From positions 2,137-66,136 of the IMG/VR virus record IMGVR_UViG_3300043446_001791: a DNA stretch of 64,000 nucleotides. One strand, written 5' to 3'. The notes under the pieces were generated by a model that made no database searches, was not told where the DNA came from, and saw nothing but the letters and a program-made list of their open reading frames with translations. Shown here in pieces: positions 9,015 to 18,026 of the stretch (the first letter of the stretch is position 1; each line of letters starts with the position of its first letter). Position numbers and translations under genes: made by a program. The stretch is from a virus. Lineage: Duplodnaviria > Caudoviricetes.

Positions 9015-9417
9015 TTTGTGCCTTTTCTCTTTGTTGTGCTAATGCAGCAAAATCTTTTATTTTTGTTTCTCCCATATATGGCCAGGCATATCCCTCTTCT
9101 ATCATATAGTCATTTACAGATATTGTATCCCCATCTACATAAAGCCATCCTAAAATTCGTCCATATTTTTCTGAAGAATCTGGCTTTTCTGTTTTAATGA
9201 TAATATCTGTTGCATTTTTTAATTTTGACTTGAGATATTCTTTTGATTCAAGACCAAGGGCTTTTTCAAACTTATCTTTGGTGCGTGATTCTGGAGTATC
9301 AATACCAGCAAGGCGTACTCGTTGGGAGTAGGACACATTGAAGCCAAGGTCAATATCCACATCGATAGTGTCTCCATCTACAACCCCCGTTAATTTATTT
9401 ACTCTATATATATACAT
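9001..9417 (-). CDS. Thermonuclease (SNase-like)
   Basis: VVDGDTID, RVRLAGIDTPE, KYGRILG. Confidence 0.9.
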   Translation of the reverse strand: MYIYRVNKLTGVVDGDTIDVDIDLGFNVSYSQRVRLAGIDTPESRTKDKFEKALGLESKEYLKSKLKNATDIIIKTEKPDSSEKYGRILGWLYVDGDTISVNDYMIEEGYAWPYMGETKIKDFAALAQQREKAQNAKK

Positions 9418-9419
9418 AC

Positions 9420-10115
9420 TTATACCACCTCTATGATATTAGGAAGGACAATTATATCAGCATTAGGCAAATCTTTAAAAATAATTTCCTTAATCTGATT
9501 AATAGAAAATTTATCTTCATCACTCATACCCATACAATGCCTTATGCCTATTACTACATTTCTAGTTTCAGAAAGCATATTATATTTTTTTAAATCGTCT
9601 TCAGTCCAGGGCTGGAATTTTCCAACCATCAATGTTTGTTCTGGCTTCCAGTCAAATGTTTCATATTTTTTAATAACGCTAAACGCTCTAGTTGGCAAAG
9701 CATCAAGATATTCATTACCAGTATTTGTTATTTTAAAGTCATATTCATTTTCGTTTGGCTCTTCCCACAAAATAGTCTTACCAAATTTATCTACAAACTC
9801 TTTCTTATCGGTAGTATCAACCCAAACTGATATGTCTGGAAACTTTACAGTGTTAGACAAATGCATATACCCACTAATATCTCTAAACTGATCTCTCGAT
9901 TCCTTGGTAGGGAAATACCCACTAACAACAATTGACGAATTATAATCTTTTGTAAAAAAAATTGATATAGTTCTTAGCCACCTAGCATATTGGGCTTGCA
10001 ACTCAGCCATTGGGAGATCGGTATCAAGAACATGCCAAGAGTTTGTTCTTTCTGCATATGCTATAGAAACATCAGTTCTTGTTTTTTCATCCATTCCAAA
10101 AAATTGTACGATCAT
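9420..10115 (-). CDS. Degenerate paralog of the CysC-like kinase/nucleotidyltransferase fusion
   Basis: Colinear with 1873-2631 (FPTKESRDQF, DISVWVDT, WEEP, FDW, GKFQPW) but P-loop and HxGH motifs lost. Confidence 0.65.
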   Translation of the reverse strand: MIVQFFGMDEKTRTDVSIAYAERTNSWHVLDTDLPMAELQAQYARWLRTISIFFTKDYNSSIVVSGYFPTKESRDQFRDISGYMHLSNTVKFPDISVWVDTTDKKEFVDKFGKTILWEEPNENEYDFKITNTGNEYLDALPTRAFSVIKKYETFDWKPEQTLMVGKFQPWTEDDLKKYNMLSETRNVVIGIRHCMGMSDEDKFSINQIKEIIFKDLPNADIIVLPNIIEVV

Positions 10116-10372
10116 GAATATGATTCTCCCTTAGTTCTATTTTCATCAAGCCTTAATCTTTCATCAATTATTTCTAATGCAAACTTCATCATATTATCAT
10201 AACCAATTGCATTATCCATTGCCTTGTTATAGTGATGTCCACAAAATAAAAGATCTGATGCATTTTTCCCGATTACTTTAACATACGCTTGAGCACCACA
10301 ACGATCACAGCGATCTGTGGCATCAAGAAGCCAAACCTGCTCTTCTTCTTTATTTTTTAACATACTAAACAT
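10112..10372 (-). CDS. Small Zn-finger protein
   Basis: DRCDRCGAQAY...LLFCGHH; start uncertain (10372 or 10363). Confidence 0.65.
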   Translation of the reverse strand: MFSMLKNKEEEQVWLLDATDRCDRCGAQAYVKVIGKNASDLLFCGHHYNKAMDNAIGYDNMMKFALEIIDERLRLDENRTKGESYS

Positions 10373-10373
10373 A

Positions 10374-10559
10374 TTATACCTTTCTATTATCAGTTGTATA
10401 AAAACCAGAACCGTTAAAGGAAACACCTACATTAGAGTATACACGAACTAGGGGCTTATTGCAAGTTTCACACTCATACCCTGGATCTTTATCAGACATT
10501 GCTCTAACTTTTGTATATCGCACAGCACAAGCCATGCAATCGTATTCATATGAAGGCAT
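10374..10559 (-). CDS. FmdB-family zinc-ribbon protein
   Basis: MPSYEYDCMAC...CETC...FNGSGFYTTD. Confidence 0.85.
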   Translation of the reverse strand: MPSYEYDCMACAVRYTKVRAMSDKDPGYECETCNKPLVRVYSNVGVSFNGSGFYTTDNRKV

Positions 10560-10669
10560 TACTTTATCTTTTTCTTAGCCTTTACTTGCCATACTGGAAG
10601 TTTTAGTTCATCTCCAGACCATTCATAGCCAAGTATCTTAACAACAAATTTAATAATTTTAATACGCAT
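10559..10669 (-). CDS. Small basic protein (36 aa)
   Basis: Manual translation MRIKIIKFVVKILGYEWSGDELKLPVWQVKAKKKIK; TAATG overlaps at both ends and exactly fills the gap. Confidence 0.6.
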   Translation of the reverse strand: MRIKIIKFVVKILGYEWSGDELKLPVWQVKAKKKIK

Positions 10670-10869
10670 TACTTTACCCCCTTGCCAAATTTAGCCCAAA
10701 GCCTTTCATGAATAAAATATCCTAATGATTCAATTACAATATAAATAATTGCACCAAGGCTTGCGTACTCCCATTCACCAGTAAATAAATAAATGATGCC
10801 AGCAAGCACTATTAGATGGAAAGCCTCCCAACTAAATGTTTTAATTGATGATCTTTTTGTTGATTCCAT
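10669..10869 (-). CDS. DUF2061-family small membrane protein (second copy)
   Basis: ESTKRSSIKTFSW...YFIHERLWAK. Confidence 0.75.
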   Translation of the reverse strand: MESTKRSSIKTFSWEAFHLIVLAGIIYLFTGEWEYASLGAIIYIVIESLGYFIHERLWAKFGKGVK

Positions 10870-10891
10870 AGTTCCTCCTATATATATTGTA

Positions 10892-11614
10892 TCACTTTGC
10901 TTGTGATATTACAAGCGTATAGTGTGAATAAAACATATGAATATTAGTTTTCCATCCGTATACTAGATCAAAGTTAAATGGAAACTTTCTGTAATTACTC
11001 ATAATGTCTTTCATTTTTGTTGTCTTACCCCTTAATATTTTTTGAGTAGGTTTGCTAATATCACAACAAACTGCTATTTCTCTGTCTGGGAAAACTTCTG
11101 CTATATCATCAATATATTTATCTAAAAATGGTATACATATTAAAATAATAGGGCAAGAAAGACTTTTAATATTATTTAAAAATTCTTTTGTATTCTTATC
11201 CCTAAGTCTTCCTGCAAAATAAAATTCTCCAAATTTTCCTTCAAATCCAGAAAAAAATAAAGATTGTAATACAGAACTTGGCCCAGGTATTATGTCAATA
11301 TCTATGTTCATTTTGATTAAAGCATGTAGTATTTCTGTTCCAGGATCCTGCACTGTTGGGTATCCGTCATTTGAAACAATTAATATATTTTTGTTATTAT
11401 TAACACCATTAATAATAATATCCAATATTTTTTTTGTATTGTCTTTTGTTTCATATATATTTAAAATATTTGCTTCATTATCTTTACATAATTGCTCAAA
11501 AACATTTTTTGATTCAACAATTGCTATATCTGTTATTTTTAAATAATTTCTTAATGCAATAGCAATATGAGAACTATCTCCTATTGGAGTAGCAGCAAAT
11601 ACTACCTTTTTCAT
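10892..11614 (-). CDS. RsmI-like SAM-dependent methyltransferase (tetrapyrrole methylase fold)
   Basis: ATPIGD, VSNDGYPTVQDPG, IIPGPSS motifs; start MKKVVF coupled to the upstream stop. Confidence 0.7.
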   Translation of the reverse strand: MKKVVFAATPIGDSSHIAIALRNYLKITDIAIVESKNVFEQLCKDNEANILNIYETKDNTKKILDIIINGVNNNKNILIVSNDGYPTVQDPGTEILHALIKMNIDIDIIPGPSSVLQSLFFSGFEGKFGEFYFAGRLRDKNTKEFLNNIKSLSCPIILICIPFLDKYIDDIAEVFPDREIAVCCDISKPTQKILRGKTTKMKDIMSNYRKFPFNFDLVYGWKTNIHMFYSHYTLVISQAK

Positions 11615-13050
11615 TATCGGACTATCTTTGTGTTGTAGGTTTTTTCCCATTCAAATATGTCTGCCTTATCATTTAATAGTGGCTGACCTTTTATATTTAA
11701 ACTTGTATTTAATAATATTGGAATTCCTGTAATAGAATACCAGTTAGATAATACAGTGTATAGTCCTGGATGCTGATCTTTATTTACAGTCTGAACTCTT
11801 GAAGTTCCGTCTTTGTGAACAACTGACGGTATCTTATCTGGTTGTAAGCATTTAACTGCATATTGCATATATGGACTTGCAAAGTTCATATCAAACCATT
11901 TGCTTGCATGTTCTTCCATAACTACTGGAGCAAAGGGCCTAAACAATTCTCTCTTTTTTATAAGGTTAACCTTATCTTTAATATTTGGATCCCTTGGGTC
12001 TGCCAAAATAGATCTGTTTCCGAGTGCTCTTGGGCCATACTCCGCTTTCCCCGTTGCAACCGCTACGATTTTATTTCTAATTAATTCGGTAATAATTTCT
12101 GTTACAGGATATTCTCCGCCTAAATCATATCCCAAATATGGGTGCTCCCAATTAATATGACTTCCATAAGATGCTGCTGCTGCGCCTAAAGAAGATCCAG
12201 CATCTCCAGGATTAGGCATAATCCAAACATCATCAAACATTTTCCAAAGCATGGTATTTGCTGCACAGTTTAATGCACATCCACCCATAAAAACAAGATT
12301 GCGCTTGCCCGTAAGTTTTTGTGCCATTGCCATAAAGTTAACTAATCTGTCTTCATATACTTTTTGAACTGCTGCTGCAATATCAAACTTATCTTGCTCC
12401 AATATTGGACTATTCCAATCTAATATTCCGTTATGAAATGCATATTTTTGTTCTTCTATGTTTGGGAAATATTCTTTTACCTTTAAATAGTATTTAGTCC
12501 AATCACCGTAGGCTGCCATACCCATAAAAATATACTCTTCCTCGTTTGGCTTTAGCCCTACCAGTTGCGTGAATGCTGAATAAAACAATCCAAAACTAAA
12601 TGGATAATTTTTTTTATAAACTTGCTTAATATTTGATCCTTGGCCAACCCATATGGTTGAAGTGTTATATTCTCCAATTGCATCTAATACTACTATAACT
12701 GCATCGTTAAACTTACTTGTATAGTATCCTGCTGCTGCATGAGAATAATGATGGCTAAATGATTCACGTGGAATCCATTTGAGTTCTTTTTTCTGCAAAT
12801 AATATGGCTTATCTCCACCAAATCCGCCACGGGTAGCAATTCTAATTTTCTTTAGCAACCTATTTTCATAGTATGCAATCTTGTTTGGCTTTCCATATGA
12901 AAGTGCATACTCTATTAATTTGTCATTAGTAAACCAATCATTTTTTTGTTTACTAAATCTTTCAGCATGTGCAGCAAATAATATTTCTCCATCTTCTATT
13001 AAAGAAATAGAAGCATCATGTGTGGTTTCATTTATTCCAAGAATTTTCAT
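11614..13050 (-). CDS. Carbamoyltransferase (NodU/CmcH/TobZ family)
   Basis: ILGINETTHDAS, HHYSHAAAG, LDAIGE, MGMAAYG, GGCALNC, PGDAGSSLGAA, EYGPRALGNRS, RELFRPFAP, LNTSLN. Confidence 0.93.
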   Translation of the reverse strand: MKILGINETTHDASISLIEDGEILFAAHAERFSKQKNDWFTNDKLIEYALSYGKPNKIAYYENRLLKKIRIATRGGFGGDKPYYLQKKELKWIPRESFSHHYSHAAAGYYTSKFNDAVIVVLDAIGEYNTSTIWVGQGSNIKQVYKKNYPFSFGLFYSAFTQLVGLKPNEEEYIFMGMAAYGDWTKYYLKVKEYFPNIEEQKYAFHNGILDWNSPILEQDKFDIAAAVQKVYEDRLVNFMAMAQKLTGKRNLVFMGGCALNCAANTMLWKMFDDVWIMPNPGDAGSSLGAAAASYGSHINWEHPYLGYDLGGEYPVTEIITELIRNKIVAVATGKAEYGPRALGNRSILADPRDPNIKDKVNLIKKRELFRPFAPVVMEEHASKWFDMNFASPYMQYAVKCLQPDKIPSVVHKDGTSRVQTVNKDQHPGLYTVLSNWYSITGIPILLNTSLNIKGQPLLNDKADIFEWEKTYNTKIVR

Positions 13051-13717
13051 ATCTGTCCTTAAATTGATTATACCAGAAAGCATGGATACTTTTGCCAGGG
13101 TGATGGTTATCGTCACCATGCAATTCTTCTCCGTAATAGTCTATTTGCTTAAAATCTGGAGCACGAAATGTTTTAAATTGTTCAAACATCTGATAATTTT
13201 TTTTATCTGCCCATGATGTAGAAAAAAGACTTATATTATTTTTTTTACAATAATTTTCTAAAATATAATAATAGTTATAAACAAAGTTATTTATAAAATG
13301 TTTTTTAATATACCTTGATTCCCTGTGTATTGGAGGAAGTAAAAGAAAAATATAATTTGGTATACCATATAACTCAATATATTTAATTGTATTTGTTATA
13401 ATTTCTATTATTGATCCCCCTGGAAGTGATATATTAAAAAATCCAGATGTGTTATTAAAATCTGAATATACTTTATATGCCCAGGTGTCTTCCATATTAA
13501 TGCCAATGCCAGCAGTTATTGAGCAACCATTAAACAATATATGGGTTTTTTCTTGATGATTTTTTATTAATTCATCGCATCTAAGACCATTAGAATTTAA
13601 TTTGTATGTAACATTATTCTTACCTATGTGTTTTTTATAATCTGGCATCCCCTCTTCTTGCCAAAATATAGAAGCAATTTCTGGGCTATCTAATAAATAT
13701 TTTTCATAAAATTGCAT
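13028..13717 (-). CDS. SGNH/GDSL-like hydrolase or acyltransferase
   Basis: NSNGLR, GCSITAG, NISLPGGS, DNHHP. Confidence 0.6.
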   Translation of the reverse strand: MQFYEKYLLDSPEIASIFWQEEGMPDYKKHIGKNNVTYKLNSNGLRCDELIKNHQEKTHILFNGCSITAGIGINMEDTWAYKVYSDFNNTSGFFNISLPGGSIIEIITNTIKYIELYGIPNYIFLLLPPIHRESRYIKKHFINNFVYNYYYILENYCKKNNISLFSTSWADKKNYQMFEQFKTFRAPDFKQIDYYGEELHGDDNHHPGKSIHAFWYNQFKDRYENSWNK

Positions 13718-14388
13718 TATTCCTGACCAGTCGACATAATTGGAGTTTTCATATTATGGTACCAGTGTGGCATTGAATACCTAGTTCCATTTATAATAGG
13801 GGCAACCTCATGTATATATAAATAATTTGATGGAAAGTAAATTATGCTTCCAGGCTCTGGCTTCATTCTAATATTAGAATTTGGAAAACAAATTTCTCCT
13901 CCATCATAATCATTATTTAAGTACATAACAGTTGACAAAACTCTACTGCTAACCCCATGATCTTGGTGTGCTGGTAAATATCCGCCCTTTTCATATCTTA
14001 GTAAATGTATGCTGTATTCTCTTGACTTTATGTTTCTTCCAGCAAATGGATAAATTACATTACTATAATGATTTGTTGCAGCATCTAAAGCATCATAAAG
14101 TCTTTTGGATACATAATATTGTTCTTCATAGTAATAATCATTTGACTTAACGTCTTCTGGCTTAGGAAAAAATTTTTGCCAACAAAAGGTTTCCATAGTT
14201 CCAGCACTTTCATTTTGCCAAGCATGCCAAGGCTTTACCTCTGTAAATGATTCTGCGTGTTCATTATTTTTATACTTGTTGTCTATAGAAGAAACAATAT
14301 CAATTATTTCTTGAGGATTCTGTAGTGCATTTTTATAATATACTAAACCTAAATCTAAAATATCATAATCATAAATAATTGAACTCAT
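13717..14388 (-). CDS. 2OG-Fe(II) oxygenase (prolyl-4-hydroxylase-like)
   Basis: HQD, YLNNDYDGGEI, HEV...GTRY. Confidence 0.88.
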   Translation of the reverse strand: MSSIIYDYDILDLGLVYYKNALQNPQEIIDIVSSIDNKYKNNEHAESFTEVKPWHAWQNESAGTMETFCWQKFFPKPEDVKSNDYYYEEQYYVSKRLYDALDAATNHYSNVIYPFAGRNIKSREYSIHLLRYEKGGYLPAHQDHGVSSRVLSTVMYLNNDYDGGEICFPNSNIRMKPEPGSIIYFPSNYLYIHEVAPIINGTRYSMPHWYHNMKTPIMSTGQE

Positions 14389-14971
14389 GCTCTGGTGCCC
14401 TCCATTTTGGATTTTTGTCTTCTCCTAAGAAATCAGGATCTGCGTGTTGCGGTAAAGAAGTATGCATATATAAGGCAGTATATCTATGACCAGAAGTTAC
14501 CTCAGTAATTCCATGTATATATTCACTACCAGCGCTTGGGAAAAAAACTGCAGAATATCTTTTAGGTTGATAGATAAAGTCTTGATTTGGGAAAAATATT
14601 TTACCACCTTCATACTCTGGTGATTCATTTAAATAAATAATTGTACTCCACTCTATCCATGGCTCTGGGTCTTGTGCATCTAAATGTAGTGCGCCCTTTG
14701 TACCAGTTGTCCAATGAGACCCAAACGCCTTAAATACATAAATAGGACTCTTAAATCCATTTAATTCTTTGTGTATTTCATTTGATTTGTCTCCATATTT
14801 TTTTAATATAGACATTATTGTTGGATTGTATGGCAAAGAAGTTCCACCAAATCTTTCTTTATAATAATCTGGGTAAGGCAACCTAACAGCCATTGGGTCA
14901 TTCTGTTGTTGAATTAAAGTTAGAGCATCTATAGGCTCTATGAAATTATCAATAATATGTATTCTATGCAT
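14369..14971 (-). CDS. 2OG-Fe(II) oxygenase (prolyl-4-hydroxylase-like)
   Basis: HLD, IYLN...YEGG, HGITEVTSGHRY; AGGAGG RBS before MHRIHI. Confidence 0.88.
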   Translation of the reverse strand: MHRIHIIDNFIEPIDALTLIQQQNDPMAVRLPYPDYYKERFGGTSLPYNPTIMSILKKYGDKSNEIHKELNGFKSPIYVFKAFGSHWTTGTKGALHLDAQDPEPWIEWSTIIYLNESPEYEGGKIFFPNQDFIYQPKRYSAVFFPSAGSEYIHGITEVTSGHRYTALYMHTSLPQHADPDFLGEDKNPKWRAPEHEFNYL

Positions 14972-14998
14972 TTTTCCTCCTATTAACATTATACACTA

Positions 14999-15853
14999 TC
15001 AGTATATATAATGTAATCTGCCTATAAATTTTCTTCCATCTAGTTTATCAAATGGGTTATTATAACAATCATATTCAACGTCATTTGTTAAAAATGGTAA
15101 TGGATAAATAGAATCTTTATTTATATTATGATGATCTATAAAATTTAAAACAGATCTTTTGCTGCCAGGATCAAAATACTTAGATGGTTCATTATTTATA
15201 ATTTTTATAATCTCATTATAGTTATGGGTTAAAGAGTATGGGACATATACTGTGTCAATAGAATTAAAACCTTCAACAGAATAAAAATCAGTTGGACATG
15301 AATATATATCTACTCCTCTAGTAAACCAATAAAATGATAAATACTCAGCCTCTCCTTTATATTTTAAAAATGTTGGATAGTTTGTATTCTTAAATAATTC
15401 AGTTTTAAGAAAGATAAAATCTTTATTTACTATCTGAGATAAAGAAAAATTGTTTGATTCAACGCTATTATTATATATAAAAAAGTTATCGTTTGTTATA
15501 TTTGGTATTCCCTTTCCAGATATTACTGAGTTATCTTTATAATTTTCTATTAATATACTGTCCCATTTTTTTGAAAGAAAAATATTATCTGAAATTATTA
15601 ATGTAAAATCTTCTTTAATATTTCTTGCAATTTCAAATCTGTAGTGACATTGCCCGTATGGATGGTCCCAAAACTTATGCTTATACTCCACATTTTTAAT
15701 GTTATCATAATAAGTATTTTTAATTATTGGACTTTGATCTATAATGTATACATTAACTGTATGGCTACCAGATAAATTTTCATTTATTTGCCTTACAGTT
15801 TCTTTAAGCAATTTACCTTTATATGAATAAATTACAACGCCTATGCTACTCAT
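14999..15853 (-). CDS. Putative GT-A fold glycosyltransferase (divergent)
   Basis: IGVVIYSY...YIIDQS...ISDNIFLSKKWD...GEAEYLS pattern. Confidence 0.5.
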   Translation of the reverse strand: MSSIGVVIYSYKGKLLKETVRQINENLSGSHTVNVYIIDQSPIIKNTYYDNIKNVEYKHKFWDHPYGQCHYRFEIARNIKEDFTLIISDNIFLSKKWDSILIENYKDNSVISGKGIPNITNDNFFIYNNSVESNNFSLSQIVNKDFIFLKTELFKNTNYPTFLKYKGEAEYLSFYWFTRGVDIYSCPTDFYSVEGFNSIDTVYVPYSLTHNYNEIIKIINNEPSKYFDPGSKRSVLNFIDHHNINKDSIYPLPFLTNDVEYDCYNNPFDKLDGRKFIGRLHYIY

Positions 15854-16628
15854 CGTCGTGACTTGCATCCTTTGAAAATATATTCTTTATGCCATAAATT
15901 TTTTTTCTCCAAGTTGTTTTTTTATAATATCCATATAGTAAAGATCTTCTGTCTTCGGCCTTTAATAATTTTTTATCTACAGAATCATATGACTCATCTA
16001 TACTCATTTCCCAATCATCTCTTTTAAAAGGAATTATTTGCATAATTGGAGTACCCTTTGGAATTACACCTTGAAATCCACGCTTCAAAAAGAATGCAAT
16101 AAATACAGGAAGGCCCCATATATCTGATTCGACTATTCCAGACATAGTGTAAAATGGCAAATCATGTCTATTCATTGGATGAGTAATTAAAACAGAATAT
16201 CCTGGTGGAGTATCATAAAACCAATTCATTCTAAATCCGTAGTGCATGGGGTGACAGTTATCTGGAACTACTATATCATTTGTAGGCCTTTTATCTAATA
16301 ACATTATGCTGCCATTCCAAGATAGTTTTGGTCTACCGTCTGGATCTAAATCAACATGTAAATCATCTTCTAAAAGATACATATACCCTGCCGTTAAGGC
16401 ATCAAAAAATGGTAAACACATTTTTGTTGCAACCTGTGCGCCGTCAGAACCTAAATGATTTACAGGATTTAAATATCTATCATCATTCCAATTATCATGT
16501 TTTGCAAGACTTTTGTACCATTCTGGAACATGACGCACTGCTGGTTCTGGTGCAACTTGACATACTGACCAATGTGGCTGTGCATTTAATGCTGGAGTAA
16601 AAATTATGTCTAATGGCTTTTCGCTCAT
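15846..16628 (-). CDS. Conserved phage protein of unknown function (paralog A, dUTPase-like beta fold suspected)
   Basis: PEWYK, KMCLPFFDALTAGY, TPPGYS, HP.N, SGIVESD, GTPIMQIIPFKRDDW. Confidence 0.6.
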   Translation of the reverse strand: MSEKPLDIIFTPALNAQPHWSVCQVAPEPAVRHVPEWYKSLAKHDNWNDDRYLNPVNHLGSDGAQVATKMCLPFFDALTAGYMYLLEDDLHVDLDPDGRPKLSWNGSIMLLDKRPTNDIVVPDNCHPMHYGFRMNWFYDTPPGYSVLITHPMNRHDLPFYTMSGIVESDIWGLPVFIAFFLKRGFQGVIPKGTPIMQIIPFKRDDWEMSIDESYDSVDKKLLKAEDRRSLLYGYYKKTTWRKKIYGIKNIFSKDASHDDE

Positions 16629-17353
16629 TTAAATCTCTTCATGCTTCTATATTTATTTTTATATCCATTACTAAATGTTGATCTTAAAAAAATTCGTTGA
16701 TGCCCTATTTCTTTTTTAACTTGTTCATGAGAAACTATTTCTGATTCCCAATCATCTCTTTTCATTGGTATAATCTGGACAAGAGGTGTGCCTTGTTTAA
16801 TTACGCCTACAAAACCTTTTTTAATAAAAAAAGAAAAATGTCCGTCTGTTATAAACTTATCCGTATCTACAAATCCACCTAAAGCCCTGAACGGTAAATC
16901 ATCTTGATGGTTTGGATGTAGGACTAATGTGCTATATCCTTTTTCTGTTTTAAATGCCCAGAACGGCATTATTCTAAATAATTGTTTATGATACATATCT
17001 GGATCTACAGGATAATGGTTGTATTGCTCTGCAGAATGTGTTGCAAACATATCTGTACCAAATCTTTTCATGGGGTTTGGACACTGTATGTTTAATTTGT
17101 TTGGGTCACTAGCATCTATATAAATATCCATCGGCAAAGATAAAATATAGCCAGCAGTCATTAGATCAAAAATTGGCATACATTTTTTAACAGTTCCATT
17201 AAATGAGCCAGATGCTAGTCCTCGCTCTTCGTCTACGGTTGCTGGTTGTCTTTTATACCACTCTGGAACAAACTTTGACGCTGGTACTGGAGGAGGTGTA
17301 AAGATTGCTGCTTCTTCGCTAAATGGGTAAAATTTTATCTTTCGTGAACTCAT
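16625..17353 (-). CDS. Conserved phage protein of unknown function (paralog B)
   Basis: PEWYK, KKCMPIFDLMTAGY, TEKGYS, GFVDTD, GTPLVQIIPMKRDDW. Confidence 0.6.
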   Translation of the reverse strand: MSSRKIKFYPFSEEAAIFTPPPVPASKFVPEWYKRQPATVDEERGLASGSFNGTVKKCMPIFDLMTAGYILSLPMDIYIDASDPNKLNIQCPNPMKRFGTDMFATHSAEQYNHYPVDPDMYHKQLFRIMPFWAFKTEKGYSTLVLHPNHQDDLPFRALGGFVDTDKFITDGHFSFFIKKGFVGVIKQGTPLVQIIPMKRDDWESEIVSHEQVKKEIGHQRIFLRSTFSNGYKNKYRSMKRFK

Positions 17354-18026
17354 AAAACTCCTTAATTTTGTCTATTAACATTATATCAGTTGTTTGAACC
17401 TCAATATCAAACATTGGAGACTGTTTTTTTATTTTGCCAAATTCATTATCTAACATATGAGATCCAGAGTTCTTAAAATGAAAATGAACAAAAGGAGGCT
17501 CTATCTCAGTTGTATTTGGGGGTATCCTATTAAATTTAATAGAATCCTCATATATAAAAAACGGACTTTCTGGTGGTTGCTTAAAGGTAATGTTTATTTC
17601 ATAATCAATTACCCAGGGAACATAAAATCTGTATATTCCGTCAAAACAGTTTTCTGGCAAACTATATTCTTTTCCAGAACTATAATATTGTCTTATCCAG
17701 GGTCTATCTATATTATAGAACTTACCCTCTCTTCGGTAATGATCTATTAATAAAAACATTTCAGCATGATTACCCTGTCTTAAGGTAAAGCCATTATTGT
17801 TTATATTAATTAATTGAGGCGGTGGATATAGCGTAGCAGCATAGTGATTAATTGGCTTTAATATTGAATCATTAAAAATTTTATTTTCTTTTACTGGTAT
17901 ATACGATAGCCATCTTTTATATGGAACTGCTATTTTATTTATATATAAAAAACTTTCATTTTTAGAATTTTCCCAAAGATCCCAGTCTTTTTGAAATCCA
18001 GTAAGCATCTCATCTTGTTGGCTCAA
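17319..18026 (-). CDS. Hypothetical protein
   Basis: ORF track. Confidence 0.55.
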   Translation of the reverse strand: MSQQDEMLTGFQKDWDLWENSKNESFLYINKIAVPYKRWLSYIPVKENKIFNDSILKPINHYAATLYPPPQLININNNGFTLRQGNHAEMFLLIDHYRREGKFYNIDRPWIRQYYSSGKEYSLPENCFDGIYRFYVPWVIDYEINITFKQPPESPFFIYEDSIKFNRIPPNTTEIEPPFVHFHFKNSGSHMLDNEFGKIKKQSPMFDIEVQTTDIMLIDKIKEFYEFTKDKILPI

